This document shows positions 1-10,268 of a stretch of DNA of 53,099 nt, in pieces. The position numbers and the translations under genes were made by a program. Source of the DNA: Methylotenera sp. Lineage in GTDB: Bacteria; Pseudomonadota; Gammaproteobacteria; Burkholderiales; Methylophilaceae. Below the pieces are notes generated by a model that saw nothing but the letters and a program-made list of their open reading frames with translations, made no database searches and was not told the origin of the DNA. The stretch spans positions 1 to 53,099 of the forward strand of contig JBAQME010000102.1 in assembly GCA_049302535.1 (NCBI GenBank), written 5' to 3'. Numbering within the stretch: the first letter of the stretch is position 1; each line of letters begins with the position of its first letter.

Positions 1-1
1 T

Positions 2-523
2 GATGATCCGTTCCTGCTACCATCTGAAGCAGTAACTGATGGGCATCCCAACCCTTGGTACTATGAAATGCAAGAATTAGGCTTTCACTACCGTATTACC
101 GACATGCAATGCGGACTGGCCCTTTCGCAGTTCAAAAAACTCGATAGTTTTATTAGTCGCCGTCGTGCGTTAGCCAAGAAATATGATGCAGCTTTTGTGG
201 GCATGAAAAACTGTAGTCCGGCACAAAGTTCAGGCCGAGATCAAAGTGGCCATCATTTGTATGTGATACGTGTTGATTTTGAATCGGTTGGATTAACCCG
301 TGGGCAATTCATGCAGGAGCTCAGAGATAGGGGGATTGGAAGCCAAGTGCATTACATCCCGGTGCCAGCACAACCTCATTATCGTAAACTTGGACATAAC
401 CCGGACAAATATCCGAATGCCCAGGAATATTACAAACAAGCGCTTAGTATTCCATTGTTTTACGATTTAACTGACGATCAGCAATCGCAAATAATTTCGA
501 CCATCAAGGAACTATTGAGTTGA
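2..523 (+). CDS. pseC: DegT/DnrJ-family sugar aminotransferase, PseC type (5'-truncated by window edge)
   Basis: Frame is open from base 2 (DDPFLLPSEAVTDGHPNPWYYEMQELGFHYRITDMQ...). WYYEMQELGF-YR-TD, HLYVI, QVHYIPV and ALSIPLF are typical of PseC. pseG and pseI lie downstream. Confidence 0.8.
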   Translation, partial: DDPFLLPSEAVTDGHPNPWYYEMQELGFHYRITDMQCGLALSQFKKLDSFISRRRALAKKYDAAFVGMKNCSPAQSSGRDQSGHHLYVIRVDFESVGLTRGQFMQELRDRGIGSQVHYIPVPAQPHYRKLGHNPDKYPNAQEYYKQALSIPLFYDLTDDQQSQIISTIKELLS

Positions 524-1389
524 AATTAGCCCTTGGCACAGTTCAATTCGGGTTGTCTTATGGCGTAGCCAATCAATCTGGCCAGGTTACGCAAGATGAG
601 GGCAGGGCTATGTTGCAATTAGCCGCTGCGAACCAGATTGATACCCTTGATACGGCAATTGCTTATGGTGAAAGTGAGCAAAGGCTTGGAGAAATTGGGG
701 TTTCTGGTTGGAATATTGTTTCCAAACTACCAGCTATACCAGATGATTGTAACGATGTTGCAAAGTGGATTGCTGATGCAGTAGAAGGATCAAGGCAAAG
801 GCTGAATGTTGATAGTTTATATGGCTTGCTCTTGCATCGGCCTCAGCAATTGGTAGAGAAGGCTGGCAATAACATCTACCGAGCCTTGGAGCAACTTAAA
901 CAAGATGGGTTAGTGCATAAAATTGGTGTTTCAATTTATGAGCCGTCAGAACTTGATGTCCTATGTAAATACTTTCAATTTGATTTGGTTCAGGCGCCTT
1001 TTAATATTCTGGATCGCCGCTTGATAGATACAGGCTGGATGACTAAATTATCAGAGCAGGGTACAGAGTTGCACATTCGGTCAGTTTTTCTGCAGGGATT
1101 GTTGTTGATGCCTGAAGGTAAAATGCCGTCTAAATTCAATCGCTGGGCTTCATTGTGGGCTAAGTGGTACGCGTGGTTGGAAGAGGCAAAATTAACACCA
1201 CTGCACGCTTGTTTGCGTCATGCTTTATCATTTCCGGAAATTGATAAAGTAATTGTTGGAGTGGACAATCAGAACCAGCTAAGAGAAATTATTCAGGCGG
1301 TAAAAGGTGTAACTCCTGATGTTCCTGATGCGCTCAAATCTGACGACCTTGATTTGATAAATCCGGCGCGCTGGGCTGCACTTACTTAG
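520..1389 (+). CDS. Aldo/keto reductase (polysaccharide-locus type)
   Basis: KLALGTVQFG..YG, DTAIAYGESE, LLLHRP, KIGVSIY and RSVFLQGLL motifs; TTG start overlaps the pseC stop. Confidence 0.85.
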   Translation: MKLALGTVQFGLSYGVANQSGQVTQDEGRAMLQLAAANQIDTLDTAIAYGESEQRLGEIGVSGWNIVSKLPAIPDDCNDVAKWIADAVEGSRQRLNVDSLYGLLLHRPQQLVEKAGNNIYRALEQLKQDGLVHKIGVSIYEPSELDVLCKYFQFDLVQAPFNILDRRLIDTGWMTKLSEQGTELHIRSVFLQGLLLMPEGKMPSKFNRWASLWAKWYAWLEEAKLTPLHACLRHALSFPEIDKVIVGVDNQNQLREIIQAVKGVTPDVPDALKSDDLDLINPARWAALT

Positions 1390-1453
1390 CTTATTTGTTG
1401 GAATGTAATTTTTAAAATTAAACTCAATCTTTGTATTTTTTTGCAGCGAGATA

Positions 1454-2479
1454 ATGGACTTTTTACTTGTAATTAGAGGCTTGGCAGCTATTTCAGTTGT
1501 GGTTTGGCATGCTGTGGGATTCCAAAATGAGTTTTACCCGGTTTTCAATACTCCCGGCAGGACTGCGGTATGGCTTTTTTTTGGAATGTCAGGGTACGTT
1601 ATTGCTTATGGATTTGTCCATAAGCGCTACAGATTTACTTTTGGCGACCTGAAAGATTTTTATATAAACCGCTTCCTGCGTATATATCCGCTTTTTTTAA
1701 CACTTAGCATTCTTGCCTGGGTCACTGAGCTAGTGGCTACTGGTAATAATCTTTTGAGTATAAAAGATTTACCCGCGCAACTCATGGCGTTTCAATTTAA
1801 CCAAAGTTATATTTTAAATGGAGTATTTTGGACGCTTGGGATTGAAATCCATTTTTATTTGCTGGCACCATTACTCGTAATCCCAATATTAAAAAGTGCA
1901 GATAAACGACATTCATCAGTTATTCTTTTGAGCATCTATTTCGTGTTGTTATTTTGGATTTTTTTTGCTGTTAAATACTTGGGATGGTCTTACGATGGCA
2001 GGAATGTCATATCAAATTTGCCGCATTTTTTTATTGGCATGGCAGCATGTCAGTTTGTTTCAACACTTAAACCAAATAAATTACGATTAATTGTTTCAGT
2101 AACATGTGCCAGCGTTTTACTGGGTTACGCAAACTGGCTTTACAATCGAAATTCTGGTTATTATTGGGCTGGAGAAGGCGTTCTAATAGTTGATGCAATT
2201 ATCTTTTTGTTAGTACTGACTCATGCAAGTTTTGAGCGCGGGCAATTCAAGTCAAACCCTGTGTACCTTATCTTTGCATATTTAGGAACTTTATCCTATG
2301 GCGTCTATGCGTGGCATGCTTATTTGATGAAGTATATTCCCCATATAACAGATAATGTCTTGGTGTTAATTTCTGTTTCTGTTTTTGTTGCGTATCTTTC
2401 TTATCGGTTTATTGAATCTCCAGCGTTGAAATTGAAGCGAGAACGAAACCATTCTCCGATAGAGCCAGTGATTAAATAA
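1454..2479 (+). CDS. Membrane O-acyltransferase (Acyl_transf_3/OafA family)
   Basis: RGLAA..VV.WH, FF.MSGY, RFLRIYP, WTLGIE.HFY and LSY.VY.WH motifs; multiple hydrophobic helices. Confidence 0.88.
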   Translation: MDFLLVIRGLAAISVVVWHAVGFQNEFYPVFNTPGRTAVWLFFGMSGYVIAYGFVHKRYRFTFGDLKDFYINRFLRIYPLFLTLSILAWVTELVATGNNLLSIKDLPAQLMAFQFNQSYILNGVFWTLGIEIHFYLLAPLLVIPILKSADKRHSSVILLSIYFVLLFWIFFAVKYLGWSYDGRNVISNLPHFFIGMAACQFVSTLKPNKLRLIVSVTCASVLLGYANWLYNRNSGYYWAGEGVLIVDAIIFLLVLTHASFERGQFKSNPVYLIFAYLGTLSYGVYAWHAYLMKYIPHITDNVLVLISVSVFVAYLSYRFIESPALKLKRERNHSPIEPVIK

Positions 2480-2653
2480 TTGTTTTTTTAATTTCAACTT
2501 AACTGTCAAATGTTAGATAATGTTACCGATAGGTGTTTCTGATGGTCATAGCCAGCTTGTGTGATAGCTGTGTTCTATGCGTCTAACTCGGTAACTAAAT
2601 AGTTTTATCGCGCTAATGCGTCTCATTGGTTTTATGAAAATTTAGGATAAAAA

Positions 2654-3655
2654 ATGTCCATTGAAATTATTGCTGAATTAGCACAAGGATTTGAAGGCCG
2701 CCCGGAGCAAGCTCGCTTGCTGATGAAGGCAGCAGCAGCAGCAGGGGCTGATGCTGCAAAGTACCAACTTGTATATGCTGATGAGTTAGCTACGCCAGAT
2801 TACAAGTATTACCAGCTGTTTCAATCACTCGAAATGTCTGATGAGATATGGGAGAGTTTGGCTAAATATGCAGGTGAGTTAGGTATACAACTGCAAACAG
2901 ATATATTTGGCACACGTAGTTTGAAATTGGCTGAACGTATAGGAGTATCGGCCATTAAACTTCATGGTACTGACATTGCAAACGTTGGATTGCTGAAAGA
3001 AGTTGCAGCTGGGTCTGTAAAAAAAGTACTGCTGGGTGCTGGTGGTGCTCATTTTAGCGAACTTGAGCAAGCTATAGATATTCTTGTAAATAAGGAAGTT
3101 GTCATTCTTCTTGGTTTTCAGGGCTACCCAACACCCAACGAAACTAATCAAATCAGTCGGATTTCATTGTTAGCGCAGCATTTTTCTCGGAAATATCCTA
3201 ATGTGTCTATCGGCTTTGCAGATCATGCTTCGCCAGATTCTACTTTATGTTATGCATTGGCTTCAGTTGCGGTTGGAGCTGGGGCCACGGTGCTTGAAAA
3301 GCATCTGACTCTTGGTAAGGTCATGCAGTTAGAGGATCATGAATCGGCATTGAACCCTGATGAGTTTTTGGAATTTACGCAGACTCTTCGTGACTGTTAC
3401 CGCGCATTAGGTAGCGTTACTGAATCTGAAGACTTTAGTATGAGTGAATCCGAGCAGGGCTATAGAAAAATGATTCGTAGGCATGTGGTAGCGGGCAGAA
3501 GCCTTGATGCCGGTAGTAAGATTTCTCCATCAGATTTGGTTCTTAAGCGAACATCAGCAGAAAGCGTTATTACTGATTTATCACTTGTTTATCATAAAAC
3601 GCTTAAACGTGAAGTTAATAAAAACACACCTATTTCACTTAATGATTTTGAGTAA
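2654..3655 (+). CDS. Divergent NeuB/SpsE-family nonulosonic acid synthase with C-terminal SAF domain
   Basis: IIAE, GADAAKYQ, GFADH, GATVLEKHLT and DH..AL.P motifs plus a C-terminal antifreeze-like SAF region. Confidence 0.8.
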   Translation: MSIEIIAELAQGFEGRPEQARLLMKAAAAAGADAAKYQLVYADELATPDYKYYQLFQSLEMSDEIWESLAKYAGELGIQLQTDIFGTRSLKLAERIGVSAIKLHGTDIANVGLLKEVAAGSVKKVLLGAGGAHFSELEQAIDILVNKEVVILLGFQGYPTPNETNQISRISLLAQHFSRKYPNVSIGFADHASPDSTLCYALASVAVGAGATVLEKHLTLGKVMQLEDHESALNPDEFLEFTQTLRDCYRALGSVTESEDFSMSESEQGYRKMIRRHVVAGRSLDAGSKISPSDLVLKRTSAESVITDLSLVYHKTLKREVNKNTPISLNDFE

Positions 3656-3667
3656 GGGTACTTTAAG

Positions 3668-4420
3668 ATGAAAAGACGTCTCGTAGCTGCTCTGGCCTGT
3701 CGTAACCAAGGTTCGCGTCTCTATGGTAAGCCTCTCCAAAATCTGGATGTTGGTTCTGGTATTCGAATCATCGACAACATTATTGGTTGCTTGAATACAC
3801 TGGACTGCATAGATGAAATAGTTCTTGGTATTTCGGAAGGTGTGGATAACGAAGTATTTAGAATTGTTGCCGAAGAAAAAGGGCTTCGTTACATCGTCGG
3901 TGATCAGACTGATGTGTTATTACGTCTCATTGAATGTGGGCGTTTAGCTGGGGCAACAGATATTTTTCGTGTGACGAGTGAGTCACCGTTTCTTTACTTC
4001 AATCCGGTAGAAGAGTTGTGGGTAAGGCATCAGCAGGAGAGTGCTGATGCAACTTTTATGGATGATGTTATTGATGGAAGCGGCTTCGAATTTATCTCGT
4101 TAAAAGCGTTGGAAGAGTCTCACGCAAAGGGGGAGGCAAAACATCGTTCGGAGTTATGTACGCTGTATATTCGAGAGAATTATCAGAACTTTAAAATCAT
4201 CAAAGCTTCCCCACCGGAAGAGTTAGTCAGGAAAGATTTGAGGCTGACCGTTGATAATCCAGAAGATTTAGCTGTTTGTCGTAGCATTTACAGTGCATTT
4301 AAAAATTCAGCACCCAGAATATACGTGCCGGATGTAGTTAAATTTCTTGATGCTAATCCTAAATTAAAAGAGTTAATTGCGCCATTTACTGAGGCAGGTT
4401 ACTCCACGATGTATCTTTGA
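3668..4420 (+). CDS. SpsF-type cytidylyltransferase (CMP-ulosonic acid synthetase)
   Basis: ACRNQGSRLYGKPL (cf. ARxGSxRLPGK), GDQTDVL.R and RLTVDNPEDL motifs; follows the NeuB-like gene. Confidence 0.8.
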   Translation: MKRRLVAALACRNQGSRLYGKPLQNLDVGSGIRIIDNIIGCLNTLDCIDEIVLGISEGVDNEVFRIVAEEKGLRYIVGDQTDVLLRLIECGRLAGATDIFRVTSESPFLYFNPVEELWVRHQQESADATFMDDVIDGSGFEFISLKALEESHAKGEAKHRSELCTLYIRENYQNFKIIKASPPEELVRKDLRLTVDNPEDLAVCRSIYSAFKNSAPRIYVPDVVKFLDANPKLKELIAPFTEAGYSTMYL

Positions 4421-4452
4421 AAATTAGAATTAATTATAGAGTGTAAGAAATC

Positions 4453-5784
4453 ATGATGAAAAAAATTACAAACTTTACAAAATCAAAACAGTTCTCTGCA
4501 GTTATTCACGATTTGATTCCGGGCGGAGCGCATACTTATTCTAAAGGAGATGACCAATTTCCACTTAACGCTCCTGCCGCCATTACTCATGGTAAAGGTG
4601 CGCATGTGTGGGATTTGGATGGCAATGAGTTCATAGATTGCAGCATGGGGTTAACATCGGTCTGTATTGGGCATGGATATGAGCCGGTTGCCCAGGCTGT
4701 ATGTGAGGCGGCTTTCCAGGGCACAAACTTTCAGCGACCAGCATTAATTGAGCTGGAAGCAGCCAAGTTGTTTTTGGATACTGTTCAATCTGGTGATATG
4801 GTTAAGTTTGCCAAAAATGGATCTACGGTTACAACTGCTGCAGTTAAATTAGCAAGGGCTTTTACTGGTCGTAATCGCGTGGCTATTTGTCGTGAACACA
4901 ACTTTTTCAGTTTTGATGACTGGTTCATTATTACAACACCATGTGATAGAGGTATCCCTGAAAAAACACGCAAAATGACAGCATTGTTCAGTTACAACGA
5001 TTTCGCGTCGGTTGAGCAATTACTTTCAAATAATGATCACGACATTGCATGCTTAATACTGGAGCCGGTTAAATTTGATCCACCAGTAGATGATTTTCTG
5101 CATAAAGTAGCTGCTCTTTGTAAAGAGCGTGGCGTTTTATTGATTCTGGATGAGATGATTTCTGGTTTTAAATGGAGTCTGAAAGGTGCGCATAATTATT
5201 TTGGTGTGCAACCTGATATGTCAACTTGGGGCAAAGGCATAGCTAATGGCTTCTCCGCCTGTGCTTTAACGGGCCGTGCGGACATTATGGAGTTGGGTGG
5301 AATACGCAATGAGGGTGAAGACAAGCTGTTCTTAATATCAACAACGCATGGCGCTGAAACGACGGGTCTTGCGGCTATGAATGCAACGATCAAAGCTTTT
5401 GTTGATAATAATATGATTGAAAGCAACTGGCAGCGCGGTGCAGAGGTGAAATCAAGATTAGAACAAGTTGTGTTAAAGCATGATTTAGCAAACGCTTTAA
5501 AATGGATCGGTTATCCATGCCTGCTAGCATTGGTCTGTCGAAATGCTGAGGGTAATGCCGACGACTCATTCAGAACGTTGATGATGCAGGAGATGATTGC
5601 AAGAGGCGTGCTGTTTCAAGGCCTGCTTTACACAACATGGTCTCACCAACAAGCTGAACTAGATCATTTTGTGATGGCATTTGATGAGTCATGTTCAATT
5701 TATAAACAAGCGATCAATCAGGGTAATACAGATCATTTGTTGATCGGAAGACCGGCTAAAGCTGTTTTCCGCAAGAAAATTTAA
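4453..5784 (+). CDS. Class III PLP aminotransferase (glutamate-1-semialdehyde aminomutase-like, sugar-locus paralogue)
   Basis: GAHTYSKGDDQFP, GKGAHVWDLDGNEFID, FAKNGS, LILDEMISGF and WGKGIANG (PLP Lys) motifs. Confidence 0.85.
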   Translation: MMKKITNFTKSKQFSAVIHDLIPGGAHTYSKGDDQFPLNAPAAITHGKGAHVWDLDGNEFIDCSMGLTSVCIGHGYEPVAQAVCEAAFQGTNFQRPALIELEAAKLFLDTVQSGDMVKFAKNGSTVTTAAVKLARAFTGRNRVAICREHNFFSFDDWFIITTPCDRGIPEKTRKMTALFSYNDFASVEQLLSNNDHDIACLILEPVKFDPPVDDFLHKVAALCKERGVLLILDEMISGFKWSLKGAHNYFGVQPDMSTWGKGIANGFSACALTGRADIMELGGIRNEGEDKLFLISTTHGAETTGLAAMNATIKAFVDNNMIESNWQRGAEVKSRLEQVVLKHDLANALKWIGYPCLLALVCRNAEGNADDSFRTLMMQEMIARGVLFQGLLYTTWSHQQAELDHFVMAFDESCSIYKQAINQGNTDHLLIGRPAKAVFRKKI

Positions 5785-5801
5785 TCTTCAAAGAGTTGCG
5801 C

Positions 5802-6587
5802 ATGAGGATTGCATTAGTTTCGCTGAATCAAAAATGGGAAGATAAAACCGCAAATCTTCAACATTGTAAGGCGCTCACAGCACAAGCCAAGAGCTTGGAT
5901 GCTGATTTGGTTATTTTTCCAGAAATGACGCTTACAGGTTTCTCCATGAATACTGCATCCTCAACTGAGGATGCAGAGCAGTCTCCATCTATTAAAGCAT
6001 TTTCTGAAATAGCTCGCGCAAATCAAATAGCAATTGTGGCGGGCGTAGTGCTGCAGGCTGGAGATAAAGCTGGCAATGCACTGGTGGCTTTTTCCAGTGA
6101 CGGAATAGAGCAGGCTCGATACTTCAAGATTCATCCTTTTTCTTTCGCGGGGGAAGACCAATTTTTTCAGCCGGGCAATAAGCTGGCAAAAATGAATATG
6201 TCTGAATTTACGTTGGGGTTTTCTATCTGCTACGATTTGAGGTTTCCTGAACTTTACAGTGCGCTGGCTAAAGATTGCGATGTGCTTGTTAATATCGCTA
6301 ACTGGCCAAAACGCAGGGTCTCGCACTGGAGAACCTTGCTTCAAGCTCGCGCTATTGAGAATCAAGCCTTTGTTATTGGCGTAAACCGCATTGGGGTAGA
6401 TGGGAATGGTCTGGAATATGAGCGTAGCTCTGTAATTGTGAACGCTAATGGGGAGTTCATCGAACCCGTTCTCACGGAAGGTGAGATGGATATTTACGAA
6501 ATAAGCCGTCAGGAGTTGCTTGATTTTAGACGAGGCTTTTCTACCCGCCAGGATCGGTTGCCTGATCTGTATCGAGCCGTAATATAA
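5802..6587 (+). CDS. Carbon-nitrogen hydrolase (nitrilase superfamily, omega-amidase/YafV-like)
   Basis: E-K-C triad: FPEM, YFKIHPF, ICYDLRFPE; also ANWP and ARAIENQ. ATG 5802 chosen over TTG 5796 on SD spacing (AAGAG). Confidence 0.88.
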   Translation: MRIALVSLNQKWEDKTANLQHCKALTAQAKSLDADLVIFPEMTLTGFSMNTASSTEDAEQSPSIKAFSEIARANQIAIVAGVVLQAGDKAGNALVAFSSDGIEQARYFKIHPFSFAGEDQFFQPGNKLAKMNMSEFTLGFSICYDLRFPELYSALAKDCDVLVNIANWPKRRVSHWRTLLQARAIENQAFVIGVNRIGVDGNGLEYERSSVIVNANGEFIEPVLTEGEMDIYEISRQELLDFRRGFSTRQDRLPDLYRAVI

Positions 6588-7682
6588 ATGGGTATAAAAA
6601 ACATTGCAATCCGCGTCGATGCATCCTTGCAAATTGGCACTGGCCATGTCATGCGTTGTCTGACTCTAGCTGATGGATTGCAGGCTATTGGAGCACAGTG
6701 CCATTTCATTTGTCGTGAACAACCGGGAAATTTGATTGATCTGATTCGTCAACGTGGCTTTTCTGTAAGTGTTTTGCCTAGGGTTCCTGAACAAATTGTT
6801 ATTAAAGAACAGCAGCCGAATTACGATGCTTGGCTTGGTGCTGATTGGACTATTGATGCCGCACAAACGAAAAGCTGCATTGGTACGATTGCAGTGGACT
6901 GGTTGGTAGTCGATCACTATGCTATCGATTCCCGCTGGGAGCAAGCACTACGGACAAGTTGTCGCCATCTTATGGTTATCGATGATATTGCGAATCGCTC
7001 ACATCAATGCGATCTTTTGATAGATCAGAACTATGAAGATGAAACGCGATATAGAGGATTTGTATCCCAAGATTGCAGATTGCTCTTGGGGCCAGGTTAT
7101 GCATTGCTTCGACCAGAGTATGCTCAGTATCGAGCAGTGAAAATTCGACGAACTCAAACCGAATTAATCAAGCGAGCCTTGATTTTTTTTGGCGGTGCCG
7201 ACTCTCTCGATTTAACAGGAACAACTTTGAAGGCTCTATCTATTGACGGGCTAGATCATATTGAGTTAGATATAGTGGTTGGTAAGAATTATCTTTATTA
7301 TGAACAGCTTAGTCAGTTAGCTGCTTTACGCGGAAGAACCACCATTCATAAGCCACGGCCTCATTTGGCAGATTTAATGGTTACCGCTGACATAGCTATT
7401 GGCGGTGGTGGTGCAACGAATTGGGAGAGGATGTGTCTTGGATTGCCTAGTATAGTTATAACATTGGCTGAGAATCAAACTCCGATATCTGAAATTCTAA
7501 ATCGTCGAGGAGTGATACGGCTATTAGGTAAGTCAGCGGACGTCAGCAGTAAAAATATTAGCGCTGCATTGCTTTGTGAAATTAAATCACGCAAAATTTT
7601 TCTCCATGTGGCTACGGCGATGGATTTATGTGATGGGCTAGGAGTTACTCGAGTTATAAATGTTATGACTTCAATTCAATGA
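6588..7682 (+). CDS. pseG: UDP-2,4-diacetamido-2,4,6-trideoxy-beta-L-altropyranose hydrolase
   Basis: IRVDAS.QIGTGHVMRCLTLA, LVVDHY, VIDD.ANR, YALLRPE and WER.CLGLP..I.LAENQ motifs. Confidence 0.9.
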   Translation: MGIKNIAIRVDASLQIGTGHVMRCLTLADGLQAIGAQCHFICREQPGNLIDLIRQRGFSVSVLPRVPEQIVIKEQQPNYDAWLGADWTIDAAQTKSCIGTIAVDWLVVDHYAIDSRWEQALRTSCRHLMVIDDIANRSHQCDLLIDQNYEDETRYRGFVSQDCRLLLGPGYALLRPEYAQYRAVKIRRTQTELIKRALIFFGGADSLDLTGTTLKALSIDGLDHIELDIVVGKNYLYYEQLSQLAALRGRTTIHKPRPHLADLMVTADIAIGGGGATNWERMCLGLPSIVITLAENQTPISEILNRRGVIRLLGKSADVSSKNISAALLCEIKSRKIFLHVATAMDLCDGLGVTRVINVMTSIQ

Positions 7683-7731
7683 TCTTAAGAATGCTTTATT
7701 AATTACCGAATACTGTTTGAGAGAAAATAAA

Positions 7732-8625
7732 ATGAATACTGAGTACAAGAAATTCGCAACGTCTGATGGTTTTATATCAACAGAACCACTACCTACACCA
7801 GTCGAATTGCAGAAATTCTATGCAGAAACCTATTACCAAGCGCCGAAGTCCAGCACTTATCAGGAGTCTTATGATGCCTTGGAAATTGATTATAAAAACC
7901 TTAAGTGCGATACGCTCATTCATGCACTCAATAGTGCTAGTTCTTTAAGTGATAAGTCTTTTTTAGATGTTGGTGCTGGCGAGGGATTCCTGTTGAATGC
8001 GGCAAATAAAAATGGCTATGATGTAACTGGCTTAGATTTTTCGGCGTATGGGGTTAGTAAATTTTTCCCTCACTTATCATCACGTCATATTGCTGGTGAT
8101 GTTTTTGAAAGTCTTTCAGAGTTAATTTCCCAAGGCAGGAAATTTAGCGTCTGTACATCAACTAATGTTCTTGAGCATGTTTTAGATCCAGATCTTTTCT
8201 TGCAATCAATCAGAAAGATAATCTTACCGGATGGACTTCTTGCCATTACTGTGCCTAATGACTATTCAGATATTCAGCAATTAGCTTTACGAGAAGGAAT
8301 GATTGATCGGGAGTTTTGGTTCGTTCCACCTCATCATTTGCACTACTTTAATACCGAAAACTTAACTAAGTTTATGGAAGATCGCGGGTTTGAGGTCGTT
8401 GATGCCTTTTCGGATTTCCCTGTTGACCTCTATTTGCTTCATTCTGGATCGAATTACACCATGGATCCAACCAATGGTCGTGAAGCAAATAGGGCGAGAA
8501 TGCACCATGATATTATGATCGCCAGTAAACATGGGATAGACAAGTACTTAGACTACTATCGGGCAATGTTTAAAATTGGGTTAGGTCGAGATATTACAGT
8601 TATTGTTCGACCGGTAATAGGTTAG
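7732..8625 (+). CDS. Class I SAM-dependent methyltransferase
   Basis: FLDVGAGEGFLL motif I; NVLEHV.DP, ITVPND and PPHHLHYF. ATG 7732 preferred over TTG 7717. Confidence 0.85.
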   Translation: MNTEYKKFATSDGFISTEPLPTPVELQKFYAETYYQAPKSSTYQESYDALEIDYKNLKCDTLIHALNSASSLSDKSFLDVGAGEGFLLNAANKNGYDVTGLDFSAYGVSKFFPHLSSRHIAGDVFESLSELISQGRKFSVCTSTNVLEHVLDPDLFLQSIRKIILPDGLLAITVPNDYSDIQQLALREGMIDREFWFVPPHHLHYFNTENLTKFMEDRGFEVVDAFSDFPVDLYLLHSGSNYTMDPTNGREANRARMHHDIMIASKHGIDKYLDYYRAMFKIGLGRDITVIVRPVIG

Positions 8626-8630
8626 TTTTT

Positions 8631-9329
8631 GTGAGAGTTGCACTCATTGGTGATATACATGGCAATCACCTCGCGTTGCAAACGGTCCTTGCAGCCGCAT
8701 CGTCATCTGGTGTGGAAAAGTTACTTGTTACTGGGGATTTGGTCGGTTACTATTTTGCGCCATTGCAAGTGTTAAAACTATTACATTCATGGGATAAGCA
8801 CATAGTTCGCGGAAACCATGAAGACATGCTGAATACTGCGCGATTTGACCCTGAATTTTTGGTTCAAGTGGATACGCGTTACGGTACAGGTTTGCGTACG
8901 GCCCTTGAGCAGCTAAGCAAGAAACAGATTGATGAGTTGTGCAGTTTGCCCCATCCATTAGAGCTGGTTATCGATGGTTGCAAGATTTTGCTGTGTCATG
9001 GTGCTCCATGGGATAATGATCAATATATCTACCCAGATGCTGAAGCGGTGTTGTTGCAGCGTTGTGCCGTGCAGAATTTTGACTTGGTTGTGATGGGACA
9101 TACACACTACCCCATGCAGCAAAAGATTGGCAAAACGTTATTAGTTAATCCAGGTTCAGTCGGTCAGCCACGTAACCATAAGCCAGGAGCGCATTGGGCA
9201 ATTTTCGATACGGTTAGTCGAAACTTGGAGTTCCACCATGAGCAATATGATTCATCACAGTTGGTGCAAAAATGCCAGCAACGTCACCCTGAATTACCCT
9301 ATCTTGCAGAGGTTTTAATACGTAAATGA
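8631..9329 (+). CDS. Metallophosphoesterase (calcineurin-like, YfcE/MJ0912 type)
   Basis: GDIHGN, GDLVGY, RGNHE, CHG, GHTH and NPGSVGQPR motifs. Confidence 0.9.
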   Translation: MRVALIGDIHGNHLALQTVLAAASSSGVEKLLVTGDLVGYYFAPLQVLKLLHSWDKHIVRGNHEDMLNTARFDPEFLVQVDTRYGTGLRTALEQLSKKQIDELCSLPHPLELVIDGCKILLCHGAPWDNDQYIYPDAEAVLLQRCAVQNFDLVVMGHTHYPMQQKIGKTLLVNPGSVGQPRNHKPGAHWAIFDTVSRNLEFHHEQYDSSQLVQKCQQRHPELPYLAEVLIRK

Positions 9330-10258
9330 TTAAAGTTATTCTTATTACCGGTATCGGTGGCGATATTTCTCAAGGAGTTGCCACTATTCTTAGGGAAAAC
9401 AGACCAGATCTTCGTTTAATTGGTGTAGATGTGCATTCGCAGCATGGTGGTCATTTGTTTGTTGACCAGTTTGCCTTAGTGCCCAGCGCAAGCTCACCTG
9501 ACTATATAGATGCGATAGAAAACATTGTCAGAAAGTATTCTGTCGATGTGATAATCCCTATGTCAGAGCCTGAGTTGGGTGCAGCTTTACCATTTTTAGA
9601 GTTAGCCCCCGGAATAAAATGGATTACTGCTGGAGTGCAAGTTGTTGTGGCAGGGCTAGACAAGTTAGAAACAGTACGCGCGCTCATCAGTCTTGATGTG
9701 CCGGTGCCTTGGACTAAACCTGTTAGCGAGGGCCGCCCCATTGCTTTTCCCTGCATTCTGAAGAATCGTTTTGGCTCGGGGTCTCGTGCGGTATTCACTG
9801 TTAATAACGATGAAGATGTGGATTACCTCGTTAAACGCTATCCTGACGCGATTTTCCAAGAGTTGCTGGAACCGGCTGACCGTGAGGTAACATGTGCGGT
9901 ATACCGCCGTAGCGATGGTGAGGTTGCTAGTCTTTTGATGTTGCGACGTTTAACTGGCGGGTTCACTGGCTGGGCGAAAGTAATCAAGGATGAGGAAACC
10001 TCGCGCATGTGTGAAGTTATTGCACAAGGTCTTGATTTGCGTGGCAGCATGAATATCCAGCTGCGCTTGACCGATAAAGGGCCGCGCGTGTTCGAGATTA
10101 ACCCACGTTTTTCGTCTACAGTCTTGATGAGGCACCGTATGGGCTTTACTGACGTATTGTGGGCACTTGATGAAGCAGAAGGAAAGTCTGTCGTTTTTCC
10201 TGATATACCGCAGGATCGCATCATGGTGCGAGTCCAGGGCGCTACCGTAAGTTTTTGA
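9326..10258 (+). CDS. Stand-alone ATP-grasp protein (CarB-like)
   Basis: ILITGIGG, IPMSEPEL, DKLET, LK.RFGSGSR, FQELL...EVT and FEINPRFSS motifs. Confidence 0.85.
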   Translation: MIKVILITGIGGDISQGVATILRENRPDLRLIGVDVHSQHGGHLFVDQFALVPSASSPDYIDAIENIVRKYSVDVIIPMSEPELGAALPFLELAPGIKWITAGVQVVVAGLDKLETVRALISLDVPVPWTKPVSEGRPIAFPCILKNRFGSGSRAVFTVNNDEDVDYLVKRYPDAIFQELLEPADREVTCAVYRRSDGEVASLLMLRRLTGGFTGWAKVIKDEETSRMCEVIAQGLDLRGSMNIQLRLTDKGPRVFEINPRFSSTVLMRHRMGFTDVLWALDEAEGKSVVFPDIPQDRIMVRVQGATVSF

Positions 10259-10268
10259 GAACAATCTT

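Noticed and set aside
2729..2743. (GCA)5 repeat in the NeuB-like gene
   Set aside because: Short in-frame poly-Ala in a normally Ala-rich helix; cannot shift the frame.
4453..5784. hemL (tetrapyrrole synthesis)
   Set aside because: The GAHTYSKGDDQ-type N-terminus and the position within sugar genes point to the polysaccharide-locus paralogue.
5961..6647. 228-aa minus-strand ORF
   Set aside because: Antisense shadow of the nitrilase and pseG genes; no recognisable motifs.
9326..10258. carB
   Set aside because: Only 310 aa with a single ATP-grasp unit and no carA nearby.
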